Source: Lepidodermella squamata (lineage: Eukaryota; Animalia; Gastrotricha). From it: a DNA stretch of 64,000 bases. Location of the stretch: the NCBI GenBank assembly GCA_047495785.1, contig JBLDXI010000043.1, forward strand, positions 124,001-188,000, in the 5' to 3' direction. Position 1 is the stretch's first letter. Every line of letters starts with the position of its first letter. Under the pieces are notes generated by a model. It was not told where the DNA came from. It ran no database searches and saw nothing but the letters and a program-made list of their open reading frames with translations. This document shows, piece by piece, positions 49,201 through 60,976 of this stretch. A program made the translations under genes and the position numbers.

Positions 49201-52200
49201 CAACACACACCCACCAGCTTTGCGGCTAATGTTGTGGCGACCAAAAGAAGCAGTGAAAAAGCGACTACCGGGTATGCTCTTGAGAATAGTTATTGTAAAT
49301 ATTTTCAAATAATATTCCAAAAACAGGTACAGATGTCGTTGCTGTCGATCCAAACTACAATCGCCGGGGCCTGCCTCAGTGGCGCTTGTTCACGGAAGCA
49401 TGCATTCGTCTGATCATGAAAATGAGAGGCACGAATCTGCAAGCTGGCCCTGTCGAGAAGTTCGAGATTCGACCTCCCGAGGCTCGTATCTTTGCGTCAC
49501 CTGCTATCTACCACGCGGTGTTCGTCATTGACAGGAAAAACGGACGACCATACAACCCGATGGTTGATCCTTACATCCGTTTTTTTGACGGCTTCAAGCG
49601 GGAGGTCCGAATCAACGATTGCAGTTTGCGCATCGCGCTCGACTATCTGGCTCAGCAGGACCAATCCAATCCAGCTGTTCAAGCACTCACGGAAATTTTC
49701 GAACTCTTGGTCGAAGGCGATCCTGTCTACGTTGACCGGTAACGAACTTTACGTTTTTATAATTTTCGGAATATTTCAATTGTACGCTGAACTAGGTATT
49801 TGCACGTCACCAATAAGGCGGCGATAATTCCAGTCCTATCCACCATCTCTCCGCTCAACCGCTTCAACTTCTTGTATCACGTCGTCATGACATTTGGTCG
49901 AATCGAAGAAGAGGCTACTACCTTTCCGGCTGGGCATCTCCGGGCGGCATTTGTTCGATCGGGGCTCATTCGGGTCAATCCTGAAGGCGAGCCGACCAAC
50001 CTTCCTGCCGACGTGAGGTCTCTGAAGCGTCGCGTCATTCTCGAAATCTTCGCTTTCCTGCCAATCGGTGTCAAGAGATTCGATTTCTACGTCGCGACTC
50101 TGAAATCCATGTTCGAGCAGTTTTTCTTTGGCGATGGAGGCACCGACAATCTCTCGACACTGACTGACTGGGAAGCGATTGAACGCGAAGTTGACGAGGA
50201 TATTGTCCGAGCGGAAGGAGAAATGAAGCGGTCTGTGGTTGAGGTGACGCATTCGCAGCTTGTCGGGAAATTGCCGCTACCACCGCTGTCGGATTTCACT
50301 GACGCTACGTCGTGTCAACCTTTGGAATGGGTTCCGAGTCTTCAACGACAACCAGGTCAGTCGGACCAGTCTTTCCAGGAGCAGCAGGCGGCTCTGGCTT
50401 TCGGTACGAAGACACTCGAACGCTTCCGAAGCAGAGCTAGCTTCAAGCACATCGCACTGGTTGGTCCTCCTGGGGCTGGAAAGACAACGCTGGCGCAGAT
50501 CCTTGCCATGGTTGCCGTTTCTAAGGGACTACGAGTTGTCATTACTGCTTTGACCTCGGAGCGAGCACGAGTTCTTGGCGGTCGGCACATCCACCTGCTT
50601 TTTCCTTTGCCGGTTAAGCAAATACCGTACAAGAATGTAATGGCGTATGCTGACGGCTGCCTCAAGAATCTGTGTTTCAAGACTACGCCATCTGTTGTCC
50701 TATATCGGGCTGACGTCTTCATCATCGAAGAAATTGGGCTGGTCTCTGCTGAAACCCTGGAAATCTTGGACACAGTTATGAGGAGTCTTACAGGTAAGCA
50801 AACCAGCATTCAATTATTACTGGTATTTATAGTTTTCATTAGGAGTCGATGCGAAAATGGGTGGCAAATTGATCATTGCTACCGGGGACTTTGCTCAGCT
50901 CGAGACGATCAATGGTGAGAGTTGATTTATTGCAATACTCACATGTATATTGTTTTTGTTTTAATTATCCCAGGTCGATCCTTTTGGGAATCAACACAAT
51001 TGTACCTCAGCTACGACGTCGCATTGTTGAAACATTTCGTTCGGGCTGCCACTGACCCGCTACTCCAGCGGGTGCTGTTGATTTTGCGCCAAGCCATTCT
51101 TGACGAGATTGACCGGGACTTCATCCTCAAAGCTGTCACTAGCACGTGCACCTTTTACGACACTTGGGACAATGTTCCGTTCCTTGTCCAGCGGATCGTC
51201 CCAACAAGAGAAGCTGAACAAGAGGTTAGTTAGTTGCGGAAAACTTTAGTGGTCAATTTTAGTGCCTTTCATGCAATAATTCATCAGGTCATTCGGAAGT
51301 TCCTGCAAGACGCTAGTCTCAGTGGCAAGACTTTGAAAACAGCTCTGTGCATCGACGAAGTGAACACGCGTGGTGCCTGGGAACCTCTTCACCGTCCCGA
51401 ATGGAAAAAAGCTATCAACAAACAGTCACTCAAGCCCGAGAACTTAACCCTCTTTGTTGGTGCTGTGGTTGCTATGACCTACAATCACGTAGCGTCGAAC
51501 CCGCAACATTCCTTCTCCCAAGGGCAGCTAGCTCTGGTGACGCAGTTGCCGGAAGACATGGCCGCACCGGATGCCAAAATTTCTGTCCGCTTGCTTCCTC
51601 CAGGGCTGCGTGACATTGCACCAGATGAGGCTTGGCCAGAAATAAGTGTGGGCCGCCATCGGGACGATAACATTGTTGTTGGCGACAACAAAACGCACCT
51701 GCGTCGTGTTCAGTTTCCGCTGCGGCATTACATTGCCTCGACTATTCATCGTGAGTGCTAACCTTGTTTTTATATTCAAGTATATAAAGATGTTAATTGT
51801 TTTCAGGAATCATGGGTTCTACCTGCGAGAACGGCGTTGCGGCCAAGATTGCTTCCAACCAGAAGGTACGTATTGCGAATAATAACTGTGGATATTGATA
51901 TGTTCAATGTACTGTAATGAAGGGCTACGTGCTATGGGAACGGGCGCAGCTTGCTGTCATTCTCTCGCGGTGCCGTTCACTTGACCGTGTGTCATTTGTT
52001 GGCGAACGCGCAGACATCACTGTGGCCATCGAAAGGCTGTTGATGGCAGTTGATGAGCCATACGAGGCTATCGTCGCATCGCTGCAAACGCTGGACGTGC
52101 TGCCTAACTCAACAGTCGCCAGTAACTGGTCAGCCGGACGACAGCAGCAGGTCAGCGTCCCCGACGAACTGCCCGACATCACGTTCCGCGTTTTACGAAC

Positions 52201-53058
52201 AACTTCCGGGTTAGTCCACTTACTTATTTGGCGCTTTGTATAGTCAACTCACTGATTGCGTATGTCCCATTATATATAGAGTCTTGACAGTTCATATTTC
52301 TATAACCATTTTACTATATTTCAACTTAGAATAAGTCGAACGTTTTCAAGAAACATTTTTCTTATAGATCATTCACGATCGAGCAGCTTGGCGATGCTCA
52401 AACTTCCATCCCATTGTAAGTATGGCATTGTTCATCTGCTTTATATACTATTCAAAATTTCTTCATAGGCCTGCAACCGCTGACCAGGCAAGCTCCTCCG
52501 ATGCGCCTGTTGTCCCACGGTTAGTATAACCTATCAATTCCTTTTCATTGCTTCAAATTCTTCTCAACTCATCAGAATGCCGACATTGCTAGACTTTTAC
52601 CGCGTCGTTGGCCCTGATTTGTCGGAACGCGAGCCCAATGGCTTCGTGTACCAATTGGTCCAGGTGGCTCAGCCGTGGGTCAGCTACTGCGGCGAAACTG
52701 AGCAACCGCCTCTAAAGCGACTTTACGACCACAATCACAGTAAATACAAGAGAGACTAAAAAAATCGAACTGCTAACATTTGATTTCAGATGCAGGGGCC
52801 GCGATGACTCGCGGCAAGCAATGGCATTTGTACGCCGTCGCTCGTGGCTTGCCTGATGACGAAACCAGGTTGAACCTGGAGAAAAGGTGCCAGGACCTTA
52901 TTACAGCGCAACCTGAGCTTTTGCCGTGGCAAGTTAGGACCAAGTTTGAGTCCTACGTGGACGAAATCAACGCTCGCCTGCATGGGTCCACTGCTGTAAT
53001 TCGTTACGGCGAGTTAGACGAGGCTAAGGTTCACCGCCTGCGTACGATCTCCTTGTGA
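43250..53058 (+). CDS. Multi-exon (~23) Helitron-like Rep-helicase with N-terminal Zn fingers and a C-terminal GIY-YIG endonuclease, roughly 2,600 aa
   Basis: Rep motif 1 WFGTITCN (~47620), motif 2 RNEFQ...KSHLHMG (~48295-48350), motif 3 SYLTSYV (~48880). PIF1 motifs GPPGAGKT, FIIEEIG, GGKLIIATGDFAQL, FVRAATD, QFPL...STIHRIMGST, AQLAVILSR. GIY-YIG motifs GFVYQL..SYCGET..KRLYDHN..GAAMTRGKQW..LNLEK. Confidence 0.85.
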
Positions 53059-53409
53059 GTCAGCTGATGGATGTCATTCTTTTTACTCAATCCTTTCACT
53101 TTTCAGCACGTCGACAATTAGAGTAGCACCGGCGCCACCGTCAGCGCATGAAGAAGCAGGTGAACTAATCGACCAAGATCCGCCCCCAAAGCGGTAAATA
53201 GATTTAAGTTCACATTTGCTTGTAGCTTTTTACTATTATTTTCAGAATTCATCTCGCAAATAATTGTTCGCCGTCTTGATGTTTCTGCTGATCTTCCGAT
53301 AAATGAAATGTTCCAATTCAATGTTTTTCCTAGTAGTAGCCAATAAACGTATTGCACTTTTTCTAATAGTGTTTATTGAATCAGAGTTATCAGATCGACA
53401 TGACTTAAT

Positions 53410-53632
53410 ATGAATCAAATCGCCTCGAAACCGTAATTTTTCTGATCCTTGTGCTTCGTCCATTATATAATTTTTCTAAAAGATTACCTAAGCTGATTGC
53501 CATGCTACGCCAAGGCGACGCCGTTAAAGTGAGGCAATCGGTTGTTGACGATGCGAAATACATACCCGTCACACTGCATGAAGCCATCGACAGGAGCAAC
53601 GAGGATGCACCTGGGAATTTCAAGTGTGTCGC
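53410..53632 (+). pseudogene. 5'-only duplicate of the accessory gene
   Basis: Near-identical to 55683-55905 (LPKLIAMLRQG...NFKCVA), then breaks off. Confidence 0.75.
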
Positions 53633-53699
53633 TTTGGGTTGGTTATTTTATTCAATAATTGTGCTGCCTGGTGTTAACTAAAACTTCTGTTTTTTGCAG

Positions 53700-53920
53700 C
53701 TAGTGGTGGTTCTTCTGATGCACCTATTCTATGTGACAACTGCAGAAGACGATCGGTGCCCTTTTTCGACATCGACATTGCTGTCGTCGAAGAGCCGGTA
53801 TCTGGACGCAGCTATGGTGCTCTAGCAGTGCGACAAGTCTACGAAAACTGCTCTCTGTGCCGTTGTTGTCGTCACTATTTGCGGAACGGCGATGCTCGAT
53901 ACTCGCCGCAAAATCACGAC
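53700..53920 (+). pseudogene. Diverged duplicate of a Rep-helicase Cys-rich exon
   Basis: DAPILCDNCRR...FDIDIAVVEEPVSGRSYGAL...YENCSLCRCCR matches ~44297-44510. Confidence 0.75.
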
Positions 53921-54348
53921 AGGTCAGTAAATTTCATTCATATTGTACTACTATAGATTAGACTAGCCAGAATTAGCACTGCACTGATTTGCTATCCCCT
54001 TGACCTTACTTTGAAACTTCAATTTTTCACAAAACTCTTCAAAAACATTGAGCAAAGTACAATTGAATGTCTGGGAATAGTTGAATCCATGTTCCTGATG
54101 AGGATAACGCTGAGAACGAGAGCATACGGATGAAAGAATTCGTTGAAGAGCAGTTTGACGAGAGCTAGGAACGAACCCTTAACCTTGCTGAGAGATTTCA
54201 AATTTTTGGAAAATCTTGTAAAAAACTAACCAAAACTAAGATTACGGTAACGCCGAGAATTAGAGGATATTGAAGCTTCACTTTGCTGGAAGTTTGTTTA
54301 AAACAAACGATCCTTTAAGCTTTCAGCTCGTTTGCTGCGATGTCGTTA

Positions 54349-54605
54349 TCACGATTCCGGAATAAAATAGGGAACACACCGAGAGAAAAACGAGTCGTCT
54401 ACAAGCGCTTTTTGACAAGACAAGTTAATTACCAGAATAATAGATACAGTCGGCCAACCGTAACCATTACCAGTGATTGTGGTACCGCTGAAGGGCTCTG
54501 CAGACGAAATTACCGTGTATTTTGCATCGTCTTCCACCAGCTCTTCCACTTTGTCAACTCTGCCCTGTTTCAGCAAGGCTGCGAGTTTTGAAATCCTTGA
54601 AAATG
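54349..54605 (-). pseudogene. Decayed 5' fragment of an accessory-gene paralog
   Basis: RISKLAALLKQGRVDKVEELVEDDAKYTVIS resembles RLPKLIAMLRQGDPVKVRQAVVDDAKYIPVT. Confidence 0.6.
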
Positions 54606-55156
54606 CCGGTTTTCCAAAATATTGAATTGGCCATGAATTACTCTGGGCACGTGGGCGGCATTATTTAGCGATATGTAGTGTAGTTCGGGAGAATGAGATT
54701 GGAAAGTTTTCACGCTTGACAAAACGTCGTGTGGATTACATTCAAATCCGAAGAAGATAACCGGATTTTGTTTATCGAGTTTATCGAGTTTATCGGGTTT
54801 CTCTCTGAGCCAACAACAAAGGAAATGCGCAGGATCTCATTCGAATTGATTACGGGAGCAATTCTGGTAGATTGATGAGGCAACATGAATCATTTTCCTG
54901 CTTTACATATGTTCGTAGAAACATGAATGGTAGAGAATGCCAATCAGCGTCGCGCAGCTCTAAACTTCTAAGCTTCCAACTTCTAACTTTCAAGCTCCGT
55001 GACTTCAAGATAACTCAATATATGTAGCAGAACTTCGTCTGGAAGGTTTTCAGTGAAGCATCAGTAGAGCTCACGTGTTTGAATGCAGATGATTTCATAA
55101 GGCCGATCGAACTGCTTCAAATTCCCAATATAGTATTCTTTATTTCTTTATTTTAG

Positions 55157-55432
55157 GTACCGATTCGTCGAAAAAAGGGAAATCACCTTCAGAAGGCCTC
55201 ATCTTCAATCCGGTTCACCCGAACGATGATCATGGCTTCATCCCTTGGGCAAGTCGTGTCGCCCCGTGTACCGTGCGGCGTTGTCTCTTCTGGTACTTGG
55301 CAGCCCCGATTTGTCACGCGTCGACATCGGTGACTTGCTCAGTCATACAGTGTCGCTGCCCCGCACGAGATGCCACGTAGCCTGAATCTGCCACACCTAG
55401 CTAACGACTTCTGGGCACTGACAAACCCCGAG
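55157..55432 (+). pseudogene. Diverged duplicate of another Rep-helicase exon
   Basis: gtaccgattcgtc...ttcaatccggttcacccgaa...gacttctgggcactgac matches ~45631-45967 with an internal deletion. Confidence 0.75.
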
Positions 55433-55679
55433 TAAGGCGGTAAGTTGTAAAAATTGAACATTTGCTTGCAACTTTTTACCAATTTTTCAGAATTCATCTC
55501 GCCAACAATTGTTCGCCGTCGTAACATTCCGGGTGGTATTTTCTAACACTGAACTATCTTCTGCTAGAAATAAAGTTGAATTTTTGTCTTCAATTAACGT
55601 TTTTCTTGAAATAAGCAATAAACATTTTTTTTAAATAGTGTTCAATAAATTTAGTTTTGTCACTAAGAGTTCAGTTAAC

Positions 55680-56772
55680 ATGATGAATCAAATCGCCGCT
55701 AAACCGTAATTTTTCTACTCCGTGTCTTTTCTCGTTTATTGCGGTTTTTTCATAGGTTGCCTAAGCTGATTGCCATGCTACGCCAGGGCGACCCTGTGAA
55801 AGTACGTCAAGCGGTTGTTGACGATGCGAAATACATACCCGTCACACTGCATGAAGCCATCGACAGGAGCAACGAGGATGCACCTGGGAATTTCAAGTGT
55901 GTCGCTCAGCTGCTGCATGTGCGTTTCAAGCCGGGTCGCAAAGTCAACGTCAACTCCAAGGACTCGATCTTAAAACAACGCACTCCTCCCGAAATTATAA
56001 CGGAATTCACGTTCATTTTTCGGTAAGTCACATTAGAAATAACATTAGAAAAGTTGGTGTCTCAAAAATAACGCATCATGCTAGGCTGGATCGTGAATTT
56101 GAAGACGCCGCTTTCGCGGTTATAGTTCCGCGCAACGACATCACTTCATATGTCTTGCATTTTAAGCAAGAGTTGCGACTTGGTGCCATGGCTTGTCTTG
56201 CCAATCCCAATTATCTGGGTCGGTGGAAAGGAACACAGGTTTTCACGGTCGAGTTGATTCTTCCTGCGGCAGCCAGTCCGCTCAGGCATAATCTTCTGCC
56301 AAGAAGCGGTTCCCTTAGCCTCGAAAGTTGGCAAGGGTTTCGGTTGGAGGTGAAGCGCGTCACCGTCGTGCAAGTTCTGTTTCACGCCGAGGCTTGCTGC
56401 TTGCCAGCTTGCGACAGCCGTTACGGCCTGGACTGCTTTTGCAATACCATGAGTGTTGCCAAACCGCTGCTCGAACTATTTGCAGTGAGGTTGAAGGCGA
56501 AAGAACTCGGCCCTGTGGCGACTGAACCATACTCGTCCCACAAATTAGCCCTCCAGTTGCTTCCCGAAGCACTGGTCAAAGGCAGAGCTCCTCGCGATTT
56601 GGAGAGGATTGAGCAACACGTTCAGAACGCTATCGGGAACCATGTCGGCGGCTTCGTTGTCACCCTCTGGTCTAAGCCTGTTCACTGCGGTGATAGCCGT
56701 GTTGCTCAATACACCCGTCTTCACGTCGTCGACCTGGAAGTTCGTGGTGAACTGCTCATGATGGAATTATAG
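55680..56772 (+). CDS. Accessory protein of unknown function with a C-x4-CD(S/G)RYG-x2-C-x-C motif (3 exons)
   Basis: Exons ~55680-55705, ~55756-56022 and ~56085-56772 with GT-AG introns join in frame; full-length similarity to the paralog at 58247-59322. Confidence 0.75.
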
Positions 56773-58246
56773 TGTTCCTTGTTTTTATGTTAACTGCTTC
56801 ATTAATTTTCCGCTTCTGAATAATTGTTCTTTTGCTGACATTCGCGCTGTAATCTGTAATTGTGTCGACATTATTTGGATTAATTTCGATTTAAATTTAA
56901 CGGTTTTGCCTGTGCCTTTCCACTTACGTTTGCTCATCAGCTGGAGCTCATCATAGCGATGAAAACAAATCATTCAATTTCAGATTTATTGTGTACATGA
57001 TGCTATGCGAGTTTACTCATACTCACACTCACACTTTATTGCGCAATTCGCCTTTCGACATTTAGCACTTGGATCACATGTCATCACAGTTTGTAAGTGT
57101 CCTGTGTAAAGGTGTAATATATGCCTCCTGAAATTTAGAGACGACTTGGTGCTCTCCTGGTTTGTGTCTGATTTTCAAATAAAAACGATGTACCGCAACA
57201 ATTATGGTTAAACTCATTTTTATGGCGACGCCGTATTTGCGTCGTAAGACAAGATCCAATGAAAAGCGTTCTCCAGCAATAGGTCTTACAGGTTTCATTT
57301 TTGTATTCGGAAATGGTTTTGTAAATTAGGAAAGTTGGTTAAAATGAGCCAGTGAGCAAGTTCTAATATTCAGATTTTTCTTGGCGATTTTGCGCCAATA
57401 TCATTATCATTTATTATTCAACTCCAGAAACTTTACGAATACGCCGGCTAGACGTGTCTTCACTAGTGGCACCTTTGCAATGGAATAATGAAATAACTGG
57501 AAGATACTTCTCACTGTAATTCGGATGAAATTAATGATGAACAATAATGAACAACCGTGCGTTTTATCAATAACCTACGCCATCCCGAACATTTTTCAAG
57601 GTTGTCTCATCCCTTAGTTCCTGCAGATACCTTGATACTGTCTAACAATAGCTTTAAAAGTTGTAGACGACATGGTGTTCCCTCGGTGTTTTCCCCATTT
57701 TAGTCTGAAATCGTGACCTTTTTCGTGACCTTTACTGTAGCGTGGTTCTATCGAAAAATCAGTGCAGCAAAGGCTATCTTGCATGTTTCACAGCAAAATA
57801 TCTTTAGATAAGCTCGCTTCGCTCGCTACAATCACAGCGCAAGCTAATTTGAAGTTTGCGGTCGACTTTCTGAGTAGAACAGAAGTATCAACTTGAGTTG
57901 AAAACGTCATTCGTAACCAACTTGGAAAAACAAATTTTATTTTATCTGGCAGGTTAGCTGACCTATTTTCCTTCCTGCAAACCTTGATTTACCTGTTTTG
58001 CAAAGTCATGCAGAGCATTTCATCTTCATCGTCATGCTCTCCTTCCCGGCGTTATCGTAATCACTGACATCGATTTTACTTGTTAATTTAAGTTATTCAA
58101 TTGTCCCGTCAGTTTAAACCGTTAGTTCCAAATAAAATGTTTTTATTTTTCAATTAATTAATTAATCTACTAATGATAGCGTGGTACAACAACAAACACG
58201 TTGACATATGAAATCTGAACGAAGCCTTCATACTCGGCATGCATAC

Positions 58247-59322
58247 TCACGGGTCGGCCATTCTAGCCAGTGGTTCACCTAGAACTCGTAAGTGCGCAAG
58301 ATGAACCTTCGTGAACGTTGAAATGTCTCCTTTTTCTGCCGCCACTGGCTTTGACCAAAGTGTTGCCTCGAAACCTCCGTCATGATTTCTAAACGAATCA
58401 AGAATATGATCCTCCATTCCCAACAGATTGCCAACTATGCGTCGTTTCAATCGGTTCTCGCTGAACAACATCTTTGCGAGGCTTACCGAACAGAAAGGTT
58501 CCGTAGCAACTGGGCCCAGTTCATCCGCTTTCAGACGGAGTGCGAAAATGTCTACCAGAGGTTCCAGCGTCTTCTTTTTCATGCAGTAACATTTCATTCC
58601 GTACCGGCCATCGCACGCGGTCTCAGGGCATGTTTGCGGAAAATAACTTATATCAACGATTTCCAAACCTGCAAGCCGCACTCGATAAGTTGTCCATGAC
58701 TCCAGACTGAGGGTCCCGTTGGCAGGAAACATGTCAAAGTGAACAGGGAAGAGTGGTGTAGGTACTATCACATCACTTGAAAACGATCTATTCCCACTCC
58801 ACGGCCCGATCCATTTTAAGTTGGGCAGCAAAACAATACCGCCGAGAGTAAAAAACTTACTGTAGTACATTGTAGTTGCAGTGGCTTCATCCTTCGACAC
58901 AAGAATGACAAAGGTCGTTGACTCGGCTGTATCCGTGCTAATTAAATATAATACGGACATAAGAATAGTGACATGAAAATTAAAATGCAAAAAAGTGTAA
59001 AACAATGGATGAAAAAAGTTTACCGAAAAACGAGAGTGTACTCGGCACTCCTACTTTCTTCAACTTTCAATAGTTTCGACGACGGTGGAAAAGATTTCAG
59101 CACATCGCCGCGGTTTATTTTCACTTGTTTTCCTGGTTTGAAAGAGACATGGACGAGCTGGGCCAATACTTTAAAATCTCCCGGAATATTCGAATTCTCG
59201 CGTTCAATTGCTTCACTAACACCAACCACTGGGTAACGCCTGTCATCAAGCACCAGGTCGCGCACGTCTTCACCGCGGCGCAGAAGAACGCTCAGTTTGG
59301 ACAGCCTTGCCTTACCTGACAT
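58247..59322 (-). CDS. Second apparently intact accessory-family paralog, convergent with the first
   Basis: MSGKARLSKL...VLAQLVHVSFKPG...YTLVFR, intron, ...GPWSG...LSLESW...CPETACDGRYGMKCYC...ELGPVATEPF...TLWSKPV. Confidence 0.75.
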
Positions 59323-59709
59323 TACAATTGATTTTTACTGTCTACTTTATGAAAACTTAAATTAATAATTCATATTTTGAAACTGCGGAAGAAAATGGCA
59401 AAGCTACGGCGATGTGGTAGCTTGTTTGAGTAGGCTAAACGGACATGCTTAATATAAACCATGAAGGGATAAAATTCATTGAAAGCTATTGGTTACGCCG
59501 GTTCTCGCAATTGCGCAAGTTCAAGTGCGCAGAGCGATAGCACATCGCACGCCATTAACAGTATACCCGTCATTAATTATGAGGGATGACGGCTTTGAAG
59601 CGCAGCGTTATTGCTATAGTTTTTGGCTACTTTAAAACTGAAATTTAAGACTGCCTCTCCTGGCGCTCTTCCTTAACAAAATTGCTTTAAAATGGCTACT
59701 TTAAAATTG

Positions 59710-60792
59710 CTCAATCACGTATTGCCTTGTTCATTTTAATCAATTGTACCCTGCTTAGTTATTTAGAAGAATTTTCTAAAAAAAACCCTCGCTCTCGTTA
59801 AACTGCTCTCCAACGAATTCTTTCATCCGTATGCTCTTCACGGCGTTATCCTCACCGGCAACATGCATTCAATTAATCCCAGTCATTCAATTGTACTTTG
59901 CTCAATCTTTTTAAAGAATTTTGTAAACAATTGAAATTGCGAAGCAACATGAAGGGTTCGAACCCAATGTCACGCTCTCCTTAACTGCTCTCCAAAGTTT
60001 TCTTTCATCATCATACTCTCGTTATTGGCGTTATTTGGTCACCGACTTCAATTCAACTTATCCTTGTCATTCAATTGTAACCTCAACAATTATATTCAAG
60101 AAGTTTCCAAAACTTTGAAACTTCAATGCAAGGTCGTTGGTTTGAACCCAAACCCTGGTTTAACTGCTTTGCATTGCTTTCTTTCATCGTCATGCTCTCG
60201 TTCTCGGCGTTATTGTAATCACCGACATCGATTAAACTTATCGACAAAAAGGAAACGACAAAAGAGCAAATCTTATTGACTATGAATTTCAAGTTCCAAG
60301 GTCCAAGGTCGGGGGTTCGAACCCAAGCTATTTAAATTTAAGCGTATCAAGCTAAATTCGAAAAAATGAATATTTTTATGAAACTGGAAAATTCATAGGA
60401 AGGTCATGGGTTCGAATGATTTCTATCATCCTCATGCTTTCATACTCGGCGTTGTCATCATTACCGACATCGGTTCAACTTGTCGAAGCTATTCAATTGC
60501 ACCTTGATCCATTTGAAATTCCAAAGAAAGGTCGTAAGTTCTAATCCAAGCTCTCGTATTGATTGAACTCTCAATAAGGTAGTGAAGGATAGTCTTTGGT
60601 TCGAACCCAAACCCTCGTTTAACTGCTCAGCATCGATTACTTTCATCCGTATGCTCTCAATCTCGGCGTTAACGTCATTACCGACATCGATTTAGTTTGT
60701 ACATGTCATTCAATTTTGTCATGTCCCTGCTTAAATTTTTATAACAATTTGAAAATTTGGAATTTCAAAGGAAGGTCAAGGGTTCGAACCCA
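59710..60792 (+). repeat. Diverged satellite monomers next to the 3' end of element B
   Basis: Same gggttcgaaccc / atgctctcgttctcggcgtt / gtcattcaattgta motif order as 30.5-39.3 kb. Confidence 0.8.
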
Positions 60793-60976
60793 GGAAGAAC
60801 ATTCAAATTTACAATTCAATTTCATATTTCATCAACATTGGGGTGAGGGGGAAGCACCGTCCCCTCCAACGACGTGGAGGGGAACTCCAAGGGGTGGTTC
60901 GAGTCCTAACCTATTACCCAGGAGAGTAGAGAAAAAGAAAAGGCTAGCGCAGCGTAAGCCTTGGAACTCTCCTGGA

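Larger units (their letters stand above)
35264..60976 (+). mobile_element. Element B: 25.7-kb Helitron-like rolling-circle transposon (Rep-PIF1-GIY-YIG), possibly autonomous
   Basis: Same termini as element A, no TSD, encodes an HUH Rep and a PIF1 helicase; the right boundary is fixed by the interrupted host exon. Confidence 0.85.

Noticed and set aside
44417-51882. Alternative-frame and antisense ORFs over the Rep-helicase exons
   Set aside because: Shadow ORFs of GC-richer coding sequence with no independent motifs.
60960-60976. Canonical Helitron on the minus strand (starts TC)
   Set aside because: The other end reads ...CGCCCCCA, not CTRR, the target is not A|T, and the Rep-helicase is on the plus strand.
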